Below, in pieces: positions 49,331-58,650 of a DNA stretch of 64,000 nucleotides; position 1 is the stretch's first letter, and each line of letters begins with the position of its first letter. Source of the stretch: Candidatus Thorarchaeota archaeon (GTDB lineage Archaea > Asgardarchaeota > Thorarchaeia > Thorarchaeales > Thorarchaeaceae); the NCBI GenBank assembly GCA_048882045.1, contig JBHLRZ010000012.1, positions 10,012 through 74,011 on the forward strand, in the 5' to 3' direction. The position numbers and the translations under genes are program-made. A model generated the notes under the pieces. That model was given only the letters and a program-made list of their open reading frames with translations, searched no databases and had not been told where the DNA came from.

Positions 49331-49382
49331 GCACTCCAACTCTTTTTGCCGATATACTCTGGTGATTTCTCACCAATACGCA

Positions 49383-50174
49383 TCATTTTCTGAAACTGAT
49401 TTGATAGAAGGTCTCGTTCATGACATAGGTCAACTCTACATCTTTTGCCTTCTCTGGAATATGTTGTAGAGGAGGTCGTGCTGCAAAGAGTGAGTTGGCC
49501 TCTATGATTGCCTTTCCTTCCTCCGTTTCCATCTTCTTGGGTGAAAGCCCTTCATCCACAACGATAATGACTCCACCTGGCTTTGCGATTCGAAGCATCT
49601 CGTTGAGAGAGCCTGGAATGTCTGAGAAAGTGTTGATACCACCAGAATGCAATACAATGTCGAACTGGTTCTTCTGATATGGGATGTTGAAGACGCTACC
49701 ATGGGTAAGACTAACATAGAGCCCAACCTCGACAAACTTCCGTTGAGAAACAGCAAGCATCCCTGTTGAGAGGTCCATCCCATGTAGATTGAACCTGTCC
49801 ATCTGTTTCTCGAATTGATCATGAATGGCTATGAAGTTGGCTCCGGTTCCAATGCTGACATCTATTATCTTCACTGGGCCCTCTATTGGAATAAACATAT
49901 GGAAATTCTGACGTTCCTTCATCAGATCTATACCTAGCCAGTCATCGTATTGTTTGACCAGCTCGTCGTAGGTTTCAGCCATCTCGTCATATTCTGATAT
50001 CCACTTAGCATCTTCATCGCTGATCGGAGGATGCACCAGCGATGGTATTCCCTTACTTACAGACCAGATGTGTCCCTTCACACAGACAATTTCTCCCTCC
50101 ATGAGGTCTCCGTTACTTCGCAGTTCTTTCCCGCACTTAGGACATCTCAGGACCTTTAGATGGGCATCATCCAT
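49383..50174 (-). CDS. Class I SAM-dependent methyltransferase with N-terminal Trm112-like zinc ribbon
   Basis: LRCPKC...C..GH.W....GIP; IIDVSIGTG, GMDLS..ML, FDIVL, EMLRIAKPGG. Confidence 0.88.
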   Translation of the reverse strand: MDDAHLKVLRCPKCGKELRSNGDLMEGEIVCVKGHIWSVSKGIPSLVHPPISDEDAKWISEYDEMAETYDELVKQYDDWLGIDLMKERQNFHMFIPIEGPVKIIDVSIGTGANFIAIHDQFEKQMDRFNLHGMDLSTGMLAVSQRKFVEVGLYVSLTHGSVFNIPYQKNQFDIVLHSGGINTFSDIPGSLNEMLRIAKPGGVIIVVDEGLSPKKMETEEGKAIIEANSLFAARPPLQHIPEKAKDVELTYVMNETFYQISFRK

Positions 50175-50274
50175 TGTATCGCCTCACACTACTACAGGTC
50201 ATTCGGTTAAAATATGAATCGAATGAGATTTTGTACATCATAGGATATGTTATCCTAAGACGTTGGGTTTCTGA

Positions 50275-51129
50275 CTATTCCCTCATGACACTCTGAATCA
50301 TCGCCTCGACCCCTGACAGAACTGTCTTGACAACCTGCCACTGAATCATCACGACAAGTCTGCTTCGGATGTGCAAAGCCCACGGTTGTGAGCTCTCATC
50401 ACTTGGAAGAAACACTCCCACACTCTCTCTTCCATCAACGTTCATGATAAGCATCCTCGTTGGTTCCATCTCGTCTGGATGGAGATCGGGTGGCGTCTGA
50501 AATACTTCCTTGAAACTCTCTAACAGTATTTCCTTACTTGGCATTGCAATCTTGATGTCCAAGTAGTGCTTTAGATCCTCTATCTCCATAGCCCCCGGGG
50601 TTGTAGTGTATACCTCTATTTTGACATCTCGGTTCTTAGCCGAGCTGAATGCCCCTCTCAGTCTGCCCAAGAGAACAGGTGACGCTGAGGCAATTGACAC
50701 GAACTCCTCAGCCTCTTCAATTGCTGACCGTAATCCAACAATGACCTGATCCATTCCTTCAACAGCCCAGGCAAACTCCTTCGGTCGAGTATCTCTCAGT
50801 ACTTGGAGTCCTTGAAGGACTTTACGGGCACTTGAGGCTGAGCTCTTCACTTTCTCTTCTAGGTGGTCTAATGCAGCATCAACAGGAGCAGGATCGAACT
50901 CTGTAGGATCACTTCCTGTGACCTTCTTGATTATCCCTCTCTTGTCTAGCATATCAAGGGTTTCATACACTTTGCTTCGAGGAATGCCTGACTCCTCTGC
51001 GATTTCTCTTGCTGTGGATCTACCAATCTTGACAAGAGCATGATACGCCTTTGCTTCATTCTTGGTAAGACCGAGGCTGGTAAGGTCATTGACAATAGTG
51101 TCTTGAACCACATCGACCACCTTAGACAC
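50275..51129 (-). CDS. trmB: TrmB-family transcription regulator
   Basis: LGLT.NEAKAY.AL, TA.EIA..SGIPRSKVYE.L..L..RG; C-terminal effector domain. Confidence 0.9.
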   Translation of the reverse strand: MSKVVDVVQDTIVNDLTSLGLTKNEAKAYHALVKIGRSTAREIAEESGIPRSKVYETLDMLDKRGIIKKVTGSDPTEFDPAPVDAALDHLEEKVKSSASSARKVLQGLQVLRDTRPKEFAWAVEGMDQVIVGLRSAIEEAEEFVSIASASPVLLGRLRGAFSSAKNRDVKIEVYTTTPGAMEIEDLKHYLDIKIAMPSKEILLESFKEVFQTPPDLHPDEMEPTRMLIMNVDGRESVGVFLPSDESSQPWALHIRSRLVVMIQWQVVKTVLSGVEAMIQSVMRE

Positions 51130-51156
51130 CTAATTCGATTTGAATATTAAATCTCT

Positions 51157-51175
51157 TGTCACTTTAGGAGTGACA
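51157..51175. promoter_or_regulatory. Operator palindrome TGTCACT-N5-AGTGACA upstream of trmB
   Basis: Perfect 7-5-7 inverted repeat, 5 nt upstream of the minus-strand TATA (TTTAATAT). Confidence 0.7.
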
Positions 51176-51183
51176 CAAAAACC

Positions 51184-51459
51184 TCATTCATTATCTATAT
51201 CTTCGCCTTCAATTATCCTTTCGATTTCATAGAGGCGACCAACGATTGCAACACCCTTGTCGGTCAGGGAGAGATACGGACTATCATTCTCTCCACGGAG
51301 GAGATAGACCAGCTCTTCTTTCACTAGTCTGTCCCGTATTTTGTCATAGTTCTCGTCTGAAGCCATGTTTGCCCTGAGGTCCTTTTCAAACCTGTCCCCC
51401 CATATGATTTGGAAAAGAATCTCACGAACTTCCGGTCGGACTAGAAACTCAATTGTCAT
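51184..51459 (-). CDS. Small winged-helix protein
   Basis: L...ELV......YLSLTDKG..I...L.EIE wHTH wing signature. Confidence 0.7.
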   Translation of the reverse strand: MTIEFLVRPEVREILFQIIWGDRFEKDLRANMASDENYDKIRDRLVKEELVYLLRGENDSPYLSLTDKGVAIVGRLYEIERIIEGEDIDNE

Positions 51460-51499
51460 GTTTCTCTCTACAGGTTCCCAGCTGTAATGAAGTCTATGC

Positions 51500-51518
51500 T
51501 GTCATCCCCAGAGTGACA
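51500..51518. promoter_or_regulatory. Second operator copy TGTCATC-N5-AGTGACA upstream of the ABC exporter operon
   Basis: Same motif, 5 nt upstream of the TATA-like ATAATAT. Confidence 0.65.
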
Positions 51519-51555
51519 CCAGCATAATATGTTCTCGAGCTACTTTCATACCTAG

Positions 51556-52527
51556 GTGATTCTACTGGCTTCAATAGTTGAAATATCGAATCTTTCCCAC
51601 ATCTACAGTGGCGACATCAAGGCGCTTGATGATCTTTCTTTCAGTGTAGAGGAAGGAGAGCTGATCGCTCTTCTTGGACCGAACGGAGCTGGCAAGTCAA
51701 CAACTGTAAAGATGATAACTGGAATCCTGAAACCCACATCTGGTAGTGTCAAGGTTTCAGGCCACGAGGTCACAGATAGTCTGGATGAAGTCAGGAAACT
51801 CATAGGTTTCATGCCACAAGAAACTGCACTCTATCAGGACTTGACCGCACATGAGGCACTCGAGTATCATGCTGAGCTCTATGGGGTTCCCAAAGAAGAG
51901 GTAAAGGATCGTATTTCCAAGATGCTCGAATTAGCTGGTCTCACTTATCGAAAAGATGATTTGGTGAAGACCTATTCTGGTGGAATGAAGAGGCGACTAG
52001 CGCTCGTACGGTCAATATTGCATGACTCCGAACTCCTCATCCTTGATGAAATGTCATTGGGTGTAGATGTCCAGAGTCGAAACCTGATATGGAATCAGGT
52101 TCGCAAGATGAGGGATGAAGGAAGGACAGTCATTTTCTGCACGAACTACATGGATGAGGCCGAAGCTTTGGCAGACCGAGTTGTTGTAATTGACAATGGA
52201 CGTCTTGTTGCTAGTGGGACACCTAGTGATTTGAAACGTCAATATGTTGGGGATTTTTTGATTGAGGTCTTGTTGGAAGGAATGGACTCCTCACAAGACT
52301 CAGAATGGTTGACCAAAAGCATCGGCTTTGAGGTGGAGAAGGTTTCAGACCCACTGAACGGAGGGCCCAGAACAGCTTGGATTCGTAGTCAATCGGGTCA
52401 CTCAGATCTACCTCTAGTGATTGGTAAACTGTCTGAAATTGGATTGATAGTTAAGCAGGCATCCATGAGAGAACCATCTCTTGGAGATGTCTTCCTTGCG
52501 ATCACTGGCTCGAAATTGAGGGATTGA
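51556..52527 (+). CDS. ABC-2/DrrA-type exporter ATP-binding subunit
   Basis: GPNGAGKST, YSGGMKRRL, ILDE, YMDEAE.LADRV, EPSL.DVFL.ITG. Confidence 0.93.
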   Translation: MILLASIVEISNLSHIYSGDIKALDDLSFSVEEGELIALLGPNGAGKSTTVKMITGILKPTSGSVKVSGHEVTDSLDEVRKLIGFMPQETALYQDLTAHEALEYHAELYGVPKEEVKDRISKMLELAGLTYRKDDLVKTYSGGMKRRLALVRSILHDSELLILDEMSLGVDVQSRNLIWNQVRKMRDEGRTVIFCTNYMDEAEALADRVVVIDNGRLVASGTPSDLKRQYVGDFLIEVLLEGMDSSQDSEWLTKSIGFEVEKVSDPLNGGPRTAWIRSQSGHSDLPLVIGKLSEIGLIVKQASMREPSLGDVFLAITGSKLRD

Positions 52528-52528
52528 T

Positions 52529-53662
52529 ATGCTCCGTGAGATAGTCGCAATAGTGAAGAAAGACCTGAAACAGGCCAAGAGAGACCCTAAGTTCATTGCA
52601 CCAAGCCTGATCATCCCCTTTGTTTTTCTTCTTGTATACACTATCATGTGGACGTCAGTTGGAGGAGGTGAGTCTTTCGCATGTGGGCTCGTTGTAGAGG
52701 ATCTATCTCCTGAAGCCAATGATATGGCCAATATCATTGAGAATATGGTGTCTACAACAAATCACACATGGTTCAGCATAGAACGTTATGATGCTGAAAC
52801 TGCTGATGAACTCTATCGGAGTACATCTCTAATCGCTTACATTTTGATACCCGCGGGATTTGGAAATAACATTACGTCAGGTCAAGATGCAGTTGTTATT
52901 ATGTACATTAACAATGCCAATGATGATGTAGTTAAGAACTATGTACACAGAGTAGAAGCAGCAGTCCTACTATTCAACCAAGGAGCTGTCTATCCTGAGT
53001 TTGATCAGTCTGATGCACGAATAGCCATTGATGAATCATTTAGTCTGGTCGAAACCCCTTCCAATCTCAAATACATGGCAGCCGTAGCAATCTTACTTTC
53101 GCTCATGGCCTGTTCTCTTGCAAGTCAGGCTATGCTGACAGCAACCGAATTCGAAACAAATGCCCTCCAAGACACTCTGAACTCTCCAACCCCTCGACTT
53201 GCTCTGGTTCTTGGTCGAACTATAGCTGCTATTCCTAGATCCTTGTCCGCGGTCTTGATATCTGCTCCTGTGATTTGTTTCGGTATGGGTGTGTTCCCAA
53301 CAGGAAACATACTCGTGCTCATCGGAATTCTATTTCTCACAATTATTGCGCTAGTGCCAATTGGCGAACTGCTTGGAATGAAGATACGAAACCGAGAACA
53401 GGCCCTGCTTGCTGCAGTTCTGTTCACAGTGTTTGCATTCTATATAGGAGGCGGCATTGCTCCTATTGGACTATCTCCAGCTCCAATAAGGGTGATTGCA
53501 GGGATTTTCCCAACCACTCATTCATACTTTCTATGGACCCGCGTGTTCTTCTCTGACACGGTTCTTGGATTGACAACAAGCTCGTTGTTTCTAGTTGGTT
53601 CATGGATTGCTTTGTCAGCTGTCGTGCTTCATCTCATGAAGAAGGAGGTAGAACGGTCTTGA
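52529..53662 (+). CDS. ABC-2 type exporter permease
   Basis: KDLK...RDP, extracellular IP.GF domain, E.E..L...SP, multiple TM helices. Confidence 0.88.
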   Translation: MLREIVAIVKKDLKQAKRDPKFIAPSLIIPFVFLLVYTIMWTSVGGGESFACGLVVEDLSPEANDMANIIENMVSTTNHTWFSIERYDAETADELYRSTSLIAYILIPAGFGNNITSGQDAVVIMYINNANDDVVKNYVHRVEAAVLLFNQGAVYPEFDQSDARIAIDESFSLVETPSNLKYMAAVAILLSLMACSLASQAMLTATEFETNALQDTLNSPTPRLALVLGRTIAAIPRSLSAVLISAPVICFGMGVFPTGNILVLIGILFLTIIALVPIGELLGMKIRNREQALLAAVLFTVFAFYIGGGIAPIGLSPAPIRVIAGIFPTTHSYFLWTRVFFSDTVLGLTTSSLFLVGSWIALSAVVLHLMKKEVERS

Positions 53663-54855
53663 ATTTGTCATTTAGAGTAGTTCGAGCCAGCCTTCTCAAA
53701 GAGATGCGAGTGTGGAAACGAAGTCCTCACAAATTGGCTTTAGTAATCCTTCTGCCACTGATGTTCTTCTCCGGATTCAGTATGCTCATGGGAGGAGTGT
53801 ATTTCGGAAGTGGTGTTGAAACAGCTGTGGTCATACAGGAACAGAATCCTGGTTTCTACACGGAGGCTCTGATTGAGATTTTAGGAGAGTATGATCCGAT
53901 CCCACCAAGGCTTGACCCAATAATGATGGACTCGGAAACAGCCAATGCTCTTTTCCAGAATGGTGAGATTCTACTCGTCATTACTATCCCTGAGGGATTC
54001 GAGGATGCCATCGCGAACAATGACACCACATCGATTCAAGTCCAAGTTGCAAATATCCATGAAGATCTGACAAAGAACTTGCGAATGCCAGTCATACGCA
54101 AGATTGACCTCTTCTATCAGAGATATTTGCTAAATGACTCCCTAGTTGACTTTGAGGTAGAGAGTCTCCGACCTTTCACACCACCAAGATTGGCTTACAT
54201 GGCTTGGACAATCGCAATCTACTCGGTCATGTTTGGAGGAATCTTTGCTGCAGGTTCTGCAATGACACAGGAATTCGAACAGGATACAATGGATGAACTT
54301 ATCCTCTCCAACCAGTCTCCCATTGCAATATACGCAGGCAAGATGCTGAGTGGTGTCATAATTGCTCATGTGGCCTTACCATTTCTTTTCCTACTCAGCT
54401 TCGCGCTCTTTGGGGTCTGGCCCAACGGAGATATTCTTGTCTTTCTTGCAATGACACTTCCCCTAGCAATATTCAGCTCAGGACTTGGATTGATTGCAGG
54501 AGCTATCTTCAGAAATTCTGTCTTTGTTGTACCTGTTGCAGCTCTTGGTGGTATCTTCTATTGGATCACTGGTGGCGGAATTGCTCCTTTGGAACTTGTA
54601 GGTGAAACGTTCGGTATGTTTGACGAATATCTTCCTGTTTCCAATGTCTATCGGTCCATGATCAGAATGTTCGTTGAAGGAAGTTATGGAACATTAATCA
54701 TCGATACCGCTGTGATTGTCACATTTGCAATCATCTTTCTACTGATATCCCCACTCATCGCAAACCGGTTGAGCGGTGTAGATATCGGTACAAAGCTGGA
54801 GAAGATAAAGCAGCGAAGAGCTAAAGGGACTCAACAACAACTTCAGTCAACTTAG
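53659..54855 (+). CDS. ABC-2 type exporter permease (second)
   Basis: KE.R...R.P, IPEGF, EFE..T..EL; TTG start after AAGGAGGT. Confidence 0.88.
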   Translation: MNLSFRVVRASLLKEMRVWKRSPHKLALVILLPLMFFSGFSMLMGGVYFGSGVETAVVIQEQNPGFYTEALIEILGEYDPIPPRLDPIMMDSETANALFQNGEILLVITIPEGFEDAIANNDTTSIQVQVANIHEDLTKNLRMPVIRKIDLFYQRYLLNDSLVDFEVESLRPFTPPRLAYMAWTIAIYSVMFGGIFAAGSAMTQEFEQDTMDELILSNQSPIAIYAGKMLSGVIIAHVALPFLFLLSFALFGVWPNGDILVFLAMTLPLAIFSSGLGLIAGAIFRNSVFVVPVAALGGIFYWITGGGIAPLELVGETFGMFDEYLPVSNVYRSMIRMFVEGSYGTLIIDTAVIVTFAIIFLLISPLIANRLSGVDIGTKLEKIKQRRAKGTQQQLQST

Positions 54856-55936
54856 GATTGTGATTTCTATTGTAGAGCCAGAACAGACCATATGATACCA
54901 GAGACATCACCATAGCGAATAACATGATTGGCGTATACCCTGGCCATATTGTATAGATGACTGCTGCAAGAACGGGCCCTATGATTCCAGACAATGACAA
55001 CATTGATTCAAGTAGTCCTGATGCTGTCGACCTTTCCTCATTGTTCTCGGTCACGTACTTCAAGGCACCAACATAGAGTGTTGCCCAGGCAAATCCCAGG
55101 AGAATTTGCGACGGCAGAATCTCGATGATATTTGTCGCGAATGGGAACCAAGCGAATGTCACAGCTGAAGCTACTAATCCTATTGCTACTGATTTACGAC
55201 TGTCTATCCGATCAGTTATGGTGACCATGAATAGCACTTGCGAAATCGAATTTGTCGCTTGGACTATTGAAATCATGAATGGATCTCCTCCAATGTCATA
55301 GAGAAATAGAGGCCACAGAGTCCAGATGGCAAATGCACTACTATGTCGAATAAGGACAGCCATGTAAATCGAAATGTTTCGCTTGAAGGTTTCAACTGGG
55401 AACCAAGGAACATCCATTTTGAACTCCTGCATGGGCGGCAGAGTGAGCGATGATCCAAATGCAATGATGAGGAATATTGTTGACATGAGAAATGCATAGT
55501 AGATGTTGAAACCCGCTGCGTATCCTGCAAACAGCGTTCCTACTCCCCAGCCTGCAGCCCCCCAGGTGGCGAACCTCCCCATCTTCATCTTAGACTCAAA
55601 GGCGTAAGCAGCTAGAGCTCCAGGATACATGCCGACACAAAAACCATTCATCAGGCGTACAATAAACAGGGTTTCGAAGTTTGAAGACAAGAGGAGTAGA
55701 GCGAAGGATAGAGTGGCTAAGAACAGACCTAACCTGATGATCTTTCTTCTTCCATAGACATCTCCAGCTCTGCCAAAGACATAGGATGAGAGAAACCTTG
55801 CTGTTGCATATCCTGCAACTATTACTGTGATAAGAATCTCAGAGATACCCAGCTCTTCTCTTGCAAGAATCGGTAAATATGTGAAAGCAGAGAGCATTGC
55901 AGCCCCTGCCATAATCTGGATTGTCTCAGTCCTCAA
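54821..55936 (-). CDS. MFS transporter
   Basis: Motif A FGRAGDVYGRR, ~12 TM helices, ERSTASG. Confidence 0.9.
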   Translation of the reverse strand: MRTETIQIMAGAAMLSAFTYLPILAREELGISEILITVIVAGYATARFLSSYVFGRAGDVYGRRKIIRLGLFLATLSFALLLLSSNFETLFIVRLMNGFCVGMYPGALAAYAFESKMKMGRFATWGAAGWGVGTLFAGYAAGFNIYYAFLMSTIFLIIAFGSSLTLPPMQEFKMDVPWFPVETFKRNISIYMAVLIRHSSAFAIWTLWPLFLYDIGGDPFMISIVQATNSISQVLFMVTITDRIDSRKSVAIGLVASAVTFAWFPFATNIIEILPSQILLGFAWATLYVGALKYVTENNEERSTASGLLESMLSLSGIIGPVLAAVIYTIWPGYTPIMLFAMVMSLVSYGLFWLYNRNHNPKLTEVVVESL

Positions 55937-56064
55937 GAAAGTGTCACTGACTCGGCGCCATTATTGTGCCTTTTCAATTGTACTATGTGCTCAAATCCAA
56001 TTTCTTCGCCAAGTAGCAAAACCTTTTGTCCTCTCCCACAAAATATGGCACAAATGAAGGTTGG

Positions 56065-56472
56065 ATGCGAGTATTGGTAGACTTCTCACCTCGTGCAAAA
56101 TTCATTGCAATAACAGTGGACGAGCTCATTCTTGTACCAATTGCGATAATCATTGTGTACTATTTCAAACCCGAATGGCTTCTCCCTATCACCGTCCTGC
56201 TAATCATTGGAGCTGCAATCTTTGTCGCTGGAAAATACTACCTCATCTATCCCTCCCTTCTTGATACTCCTCAGGAGTTCTATGAACTGAAGGGTCTCAA
56301 AGGAACGGTGATTGACACAGTCACACAAACATCGGGGAAGATCAAGGTAGGAGCTGAGATCTGGGACGCTCGTTGTGATATCGGTGAGATCGAAAAAGGA
56401 ACGCAAGTGGTCATTGTATCTCGCGACTTCATGAAGGTTCGTGTAGAACCCATCGGATTCAGTAATGACTAG
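56065..56472 (+). CDS. NfeD-family membrane protein
   Basis: TM N-terminus; G.KGTV...GKIKVG.E.W.A....I.KG..V OB-fold. Confidence 0.85.
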   Translation: MRVLVDFSPRAKFIAITVDELILVPIAIIIVYYFKPEWLLPITVLLIIGAAIFVAGKYYLIYPSLLDTPQEFYELKGLKGTVIDTVTQTSGKIKVGAEIWDARCDIGEIEKGTQVVIVSRDFMKVRVEPIGFSND

Positions 56473-57509
56473 GAGAGCAATTTCATCATTAGATGAATCG
56501 TCATTTCCACGTCTAGTAGATTCACTGCCTCAAAGGCACTGTGTGAATATCTGCATGGTACTGCCAGTACTGCGACTGTCTGTCCTTGAGATGCAAACTG
56601 AACTCCATCTGTCATGTAGTTGTGAAAGACTGCTCTCTGAATTGGGATCTTTTCCATTTCAGCAATCTTGACTATACGTAGGATTAACTCATGCGAGTAA
56701 TGCAGTGCGTTGTCCTTTATCACCACTACCGGGCCTTTCCCTAGTGAAATCCCAGATTCTCCCTTGGTACCAGGATAGTCGTCTGCGAGGCCTATGTCTA
56801 GCACGATTATCTCATCCACATCCAAGTCTCGTGCTACTGCAGCAGCTCCTTTTGCACCCAACTCCTCCATTACGGTCGATACAAAGGTAATAGTTGGCCG
56901 CTTTGTCTTTGCAATTTTCGAAAAATGCTCCAGTACCTTGAGGAGTATAGTGAGACCGATTCTGTCATCCATGGACTTGCCTGCTACTATGTGATCCATG
57001 AGTTTCTCAACAGGTGCAGCATAGATGACAGGGTCTCCTACGTTAATGCCTTGTTCTTTTACTTGATCGGCACTCGTGGCCCCTATGTCGAGAAAGACCT
57101 CCTCATACGTAGGAATTCTCTTTTTCACCTTGGGTCCTGCTATATGTGCAGTCTGGACACAGAATACCCCTGGTACAAAGCCGTTCTCAGCCATGATCAA
57201 GACCCATTGCCCCGGCAAAAGTCTGAGGTCTGGTATATGTCCCTGTGTGTTCCATTTAACTCTCAGGAATCCTTTATCGTCGATATTGCTGACTAGAAAA
57301 CCTACTTCATCAGCATGGGCAACTACAGCGAAGTGCTTGTCAACACCGCCCTCTAGTGTGCAAACGACATTGCCTATTTTGTCTTGGACGAAACTCCCAC
57401 AGTGTTGCTTGAATTGCTCTTTGACTATATCTTGGACAAGTCCTTCTCTCCCAACAGGACCTGGTGTCGCTGATAGAATCTTTAGAAGATCAAGGGTTTC
57501 CTCAGACAT
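56469..57509 (-). CDS. M42 family metallopeptidase (TET-like aminopeptidase)
   Basis: PGP.GRE, AHADEVG, KSMDDRIG, MEELG..GA, LDIG, RYSHS. Confidence 0.92.
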   Translation of the reverse strand: MSEETLDLLKILSATPGPVGREGLVQDIVKEQFKQHCGSFVQDKIGNVVCTLEGGVDKHFAVVAHADEVGFLVSNIDDKGFLRVKWNTQGHIPDLRLLPGQWVLIMAENGFVPGVFCVQTAHIAGPKVKKRIPTYEEVFLDIGATSADQVKEQGINVGDPVIYAAPVEKLMDHIVAGKSMDDRIGLTILLKVLEHFSKIAKTKRPTITFVSTVMEELGAKGAAAVARDLDVDEIIVLDIGLADDYPGTKGESGISLGKGPVVVIKDNALHYSHELILRIVKIAEMEKIPIQRAVFHNYMTDGVQFASQGQTVAVLAVPCRYSHSAFEAVNLLDVEMTIHLMMKLLS

Positions 57510-57708
57510 GATGAACAGCCACGCAATCTTTTGTGAAACTCCCACTTAAGGGTCAGCTTCCATACTCTAGTAAGCTATTTTGGAGATTTGTGAGGATTTC
57601 TGATTCTGAATTGGTTGTCTTCAGCCATCTTTCTCCTTTTCAAATGTAATCTCTGGAGAATACCCTACAATTACCTGAGAATATATTGAGTTCCTGACAG
57701 ACATCTGT

Positions 57709-58164
57709 ATGGCATTCGAAGACACTCTTATAGGGTTAGGAATTGGACTCGTTCTCGCGGTACTTGTTTATCTAATTATGAAGATTCAGCTCCGCCACAG
57801 AATCTCTATGGTTGAGAATGAGTTTGCACTGACATGGGCTGAAAAGGAGGCATCAGTAAGAAAGGATGCAGCCGATAGGAGTCGTTATGTGTTGAAGGGC
57901 AAGATTGCCGAACACATGGTCCCTATGTACAGGGATGTCTTCAACTTCGATCCCGCTGACGCTAGGTTCATTGGCGCTCCAATTGACTACCTTATTTTTG
58001 ATGGCTACACAGCAGCAAAAGACGGAGGTTCTGATAGAGAGATTATCGTTGTGCTTGCTGACATAAAGACTGGGAACGCTCAGCTAAACCGAACTGAACG
58101 GAAGATCAAAGAGGCAGTGGAAAAGGGTAGGGTTCGCTGGGAAACGATCAGACTCGATTTTTGA
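57709..58164 (+). CDS. Holliday-junction-resolvase-like endonuclease with N-terminal TM (Endonuc_Holl type)
   Basis: RKDA..RSR.VL.GKI.E...P, DARFIG.PID...FDG, DIKTG. Confidence 0.88.
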   Translation: MAFEDTLIGLGIGLVLAVLVYLIMKIQLRHRISMVENEFALTWAEKEASVRKDAADRSRYVLKGKIAEHMVPMYRDVFNFDPADARFIGAPIDYLIFDGYTAAKDGGSDREIIVVLADIKTGNAQLNRTERKIKEAVEKGRVRWETIRLDF

Positions 58165-58167
58165 CTT

Positions 58168-58500
58168 CTACTCACAGAAGCAGTCCTTCATGATTGCTCT
58201 CATCACAGCGTCATTCATAGACTGTTCATCAGGGATTCCTGTGAGTTTCATATCGCAGATTCTGATAGTGGGGAGCATAGCAATGTCATCAGTCCCACAT
58301 CCGCACTCATCATCAGAATCCACGTCTATCTTACAAATTGCCGAATTGGAAACTCCAAATCCCATCAAAGCATCTGCTAACATTTCTGTGGCTGCATCAC
58401 AGAACACGCAGAACTTTCCAGTGTAGAATATTATACACCCGCATCTTCCGCATGGTGTTTTCATTTCTATATCTGCCGTAGGAATAGCCTCCGCTTTCAT
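58168..58500 (-). CDS. Cys-rich thioredoxin-like protein
   Basis: FYT..FCVFC, IDVD, LPTI.I...L.G.P. Confidence 0.7.
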   Translation of the reverse strand: MKAEAIPTADIEMKTPCGRCGCIIFYTGKFCVFCDAATEMLADALMGFGVSNSAICKIDVDSDDECGCGTDDIAMLPTIRICDMKLTGIPDEQSMNDAVMRAIMKDCFCE

Positions 58501-58650
58501 TGCAGCATCTCCAAGGACCTAGATGACATCTTCGCATGTATAGGGTCCAAGTTCTAAAGAACTCGAGTAAGACCCTTATAAACTAATAGGTCTTAATATG
58601 TTATAACTGTAAGTAGTGCGGACCTGTACAGTTTCTCCTCTGCCATTAGT

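Noticed and set aside
50241-50257. Palindrome TAGGATA-TGT-TATCCTA
   Set aside because: Single copy just after the trmB stop; cannot distinguish terminator, operator or chance
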